This document shows positions 61,801-64,000 of a stretch of DNA of 64,000 nucleotides, piece after piece (the first letter of the stretch is position 1; each line of letters begins with the position of its first letter). Source of the DNA: Lytechinus pictus (taxonomy: Eukaryota); contig NC_087258.1 in NCBI RefSeq assembly GCF_037042905.1, positions 5,952,001 through 6,016,000 on the forward strand, in the 5' to 3' direction. Position numbers and translations under genes: made by a program. The notes beneath the pieces are model-generated. The model was not told the origin of the DNA, did no database searches, and was given only the letters and a program-made list of their open reading frames with translations.

Positions 61801-64000
61801 ATGATGGCAGCTCGGGCAGGGCTCGCACGAGCCGCCCGAATACGAGACAAATAGGTTACAAAATAACCATAATGCACCGGGTGGTGAAGGCATAGCGATT
61901 ATTAAGTATAGGAGAACTATTAATCGCCGTGACATTCAGATGCGATATTTATGCTCATAAGCTCGGCAGAGCTACGAGATAGTGAGACATACCGCTGAGC
62001 GGTGATGGTGCTAATATCGGAGTCGCCCTCACTACAGCGGCGATCGCTGGAGGACGGGTGTCTGTACTAGCCCTGACTCTAACCTTGCAAGGAAGAGAAG
62101 GAGTTAAAAGTAAAGACAGGGCACCCTTACTTTCGTATAGAAAGTGAGGTTCAGGCCAAAAGCTGACGGTCCCGTCGCCTGGGCGGACGGTCCGCGGGCG
62201 TGATAGGTTGCCCTCTCAAAAACAGCCAAACATTCTCATGAGAGAAGGAAGGCATGCGGTATGTTAGAAAATCTTACCTCCAATCTACAGGCCCGCCTAG
62301 GGGGTAGAATGGAGCGAGTTACCGCTGAAAGAGCCGTTGCCAAAAGCGATGCCCGGTCAAACTGTGAGGCTTGACGTAGAGGGCGAATTCGGGAGTACCT
62401 GCATATTAATGGGGGATACCCATGCAGGTGAACTCGCCGACGGCTCCCCGGAGTGCGGGCTGGCGGGAGAAACTCAATCCGCTCAATGCCCGTCACCGGC
62501 AATAAGACCGACAGAAAACAGTCAAGCGGCTGCAGCGACCAACCAGCGACATACGAGGGCTTGCCGACTTGCTGGGTGAGACCCATACGTCAGCAGCACC
62601 TGTGCATATCATGAAAACACCCGTGCGGGTGAAAAGGGCCGGCAATTTCAAAGAAAAGGGCCGGTGGCTGGTGCGAGGCTGTTGATAAGCCCAGCCGTCG
62701 CGTAGCGGCGGTCTGTAATGACGGAGAACACGAGGGTAAGAACCCGTAATGCTCGGGACGTGTTGATGCAACCTGTAAGGATGCAACGTCCAGCCGTCGG
62801 TTATCGAGAGCTTGCCGACATGTTGGCTTGAAAGCCGTATGTTGGAAGCACCTGCATGGAAACGGGGTCACCGTGTAGGTGAACAGCGTTTCAATAAAAG
62901 CCCGGCGTGAGAGGGCAGGTGACTGCTTGAACCGCACGGTGCTTAGCACGGCGGCTAAAGCTGACATGAAGCGGGAGTCTGGTGACATAATGGGGACGAT
63001 GCCCGTATGTCGATAACACCTGTGTATTAGCGGGAATTTCCCTTGCAGGTGCGTGAGCCGGCGAATCATGAAATTGCCGGTGACTCTCCGAGGTATGAGA
63101 TGGCGAATGTCTGCTTGGCCTGCCCGGTGCTTGACACGGCGGCTGAAGCTGACATGAAGCGTGGGGGAATTTACCCGCACTGCTCGTGGGCGTGTGAAGC
63201 AACATGAGAGTTGCGACGCGTGACCCACAATTATCGGGAGTCTGGTGACATAATGGGGGGCGATGCCCGTATGTCGATAACACCTGTGTATTAGCGGGAA
63301 TTTCCCTTGCAGGTGCGTGCGCCGGCGAATCATGAAATTGCCGGTGACTCTCCGAGGTGTGAGATGGCGAATGTCTGCTTGACCTGCCTGGTGTTTGACA
63401 CGGCGGTTTTAGCTGACAGAGAGCATGAGGATAAAAATCCGTGATGCTCGAGGGCGTTCTGTTGTAACATGAAGTTACGACGCCTGACAATCGGCACAAG
63501 AATTAGAAAGAAAGGGTCTGCCCGCGAAGCGGGGTTAGCAACCTAGAATTTCTTCTTCTTCCTCTTCTATGCGGCCCCCGCCGGGGGGCAGAATAGGGCA
63601 CAAGAGACAGGGGGGACGTGATATCTCGCATGAGAAAAATCACCCAAATCTGATCAAGCCGTTTAGGCACATGAACGCTAATTCCACGGTTCCACCTTTA
63701 AGGGCACGTGGACGCGATTCCACAGTTCCACCCTGATCAGAAAATCGTGAGAATGACGGAGTCGAGCTCACGTGTCTCTAGCGACTAGGGGCTGGTAGCC
63801 CTTTGCTAATGCTCCCTGAAGGAGACTGACAAAGCATCGAGCCTAGTCTGTGCCGGGAAAAGAGTCCCATGTTCTTAACCCGGACTTGATGGACCCGATA
63901 GCCGGTGGGTAAAGCAGCCCTGGAGGAGTGAAGTTTTCTATACTAGTACCACACTCCCCAAAATAGGTTCAGGTCCCGTCGAGGGAGCCTTGGCTATCAC
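58870..64000 (-). mobile_element. Decayed DIRS-type (tyrosine recombinase) retrotransposon in the intron after exon 5
   Basis: Abrupt GC rise. Terminal segment 58870-58927 recurs inverted at about 59116-59172, and 58908-58938 recurs directly at about 59181-59210 (ITR/ICR layout). Frameshifted YR C-terminal motif RAHD...SSWAL...DILRTAF/WRSSNS near 59370-59460. RT-like PGFF motif near 61590. Confidence 0.75.
62970..63418. repeat. Direct duplication of about 185 bp inside the DIRS element
   Basis: cgggagtctggtgacataatgggg...gacacggcgg...agctgaca at about 62972-63156 and 63235-63418. Confidence 0.9.

Noticed and set aside
60800-63500. Long GC-rich ORFs (for example 62590-63333 and 62891-63499) considered as host genes
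   Set aside because: They overlap in several frames, include a duplicated block, and lie within the decayed DIRS element.

Overview
AT-rich, repeat-dense animal genomic DNA with spliceosomal GT-AG introns. The repeat types and the GPCR style suggest an echinoderm, probably a sea urchin (inference). Host genes: an intact single-exon rhodopsin-class GPCR (4353-5582, +) with a broken inverted fragment upstream, and the first five exons of a gene encoding signal peptide + 3 Sushi/CCP domains + a Ser/Thr/Pro stalk (45792 to beyond 58833, +). The rest is mostly nested mobile DNA: hAT-, Kolobok-, Harbinger- and Ginger-like non-autonomous elements, a Helentron-type element carrying a satellite array, tRNA-derived SINEs, L1/Tx1 and CR1/L2 LINE remnants, Penelope remnants and a decayed DIRS element. 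Two observations stand out. (1) A 9.7-kb Transib/RAG-family transposon (30450-40130) has ends resembling V(D)J recombination signals: a perfect CACAGTG heptamer and CAAAA blocks at 12- and 23-nt spacing. It has a 5-bp TSD, splits a SINE, and retains a Transib-like transposase C-terminus missing from the ORF track. (2) A short element with a 7SL (Alu-domain) head fused to a tRNA-SINE-like body (24025-24205) looks like an Alu/B1-type SINE in an invertebrate. All family assignments come from reading motifs by eye; no database search was run.
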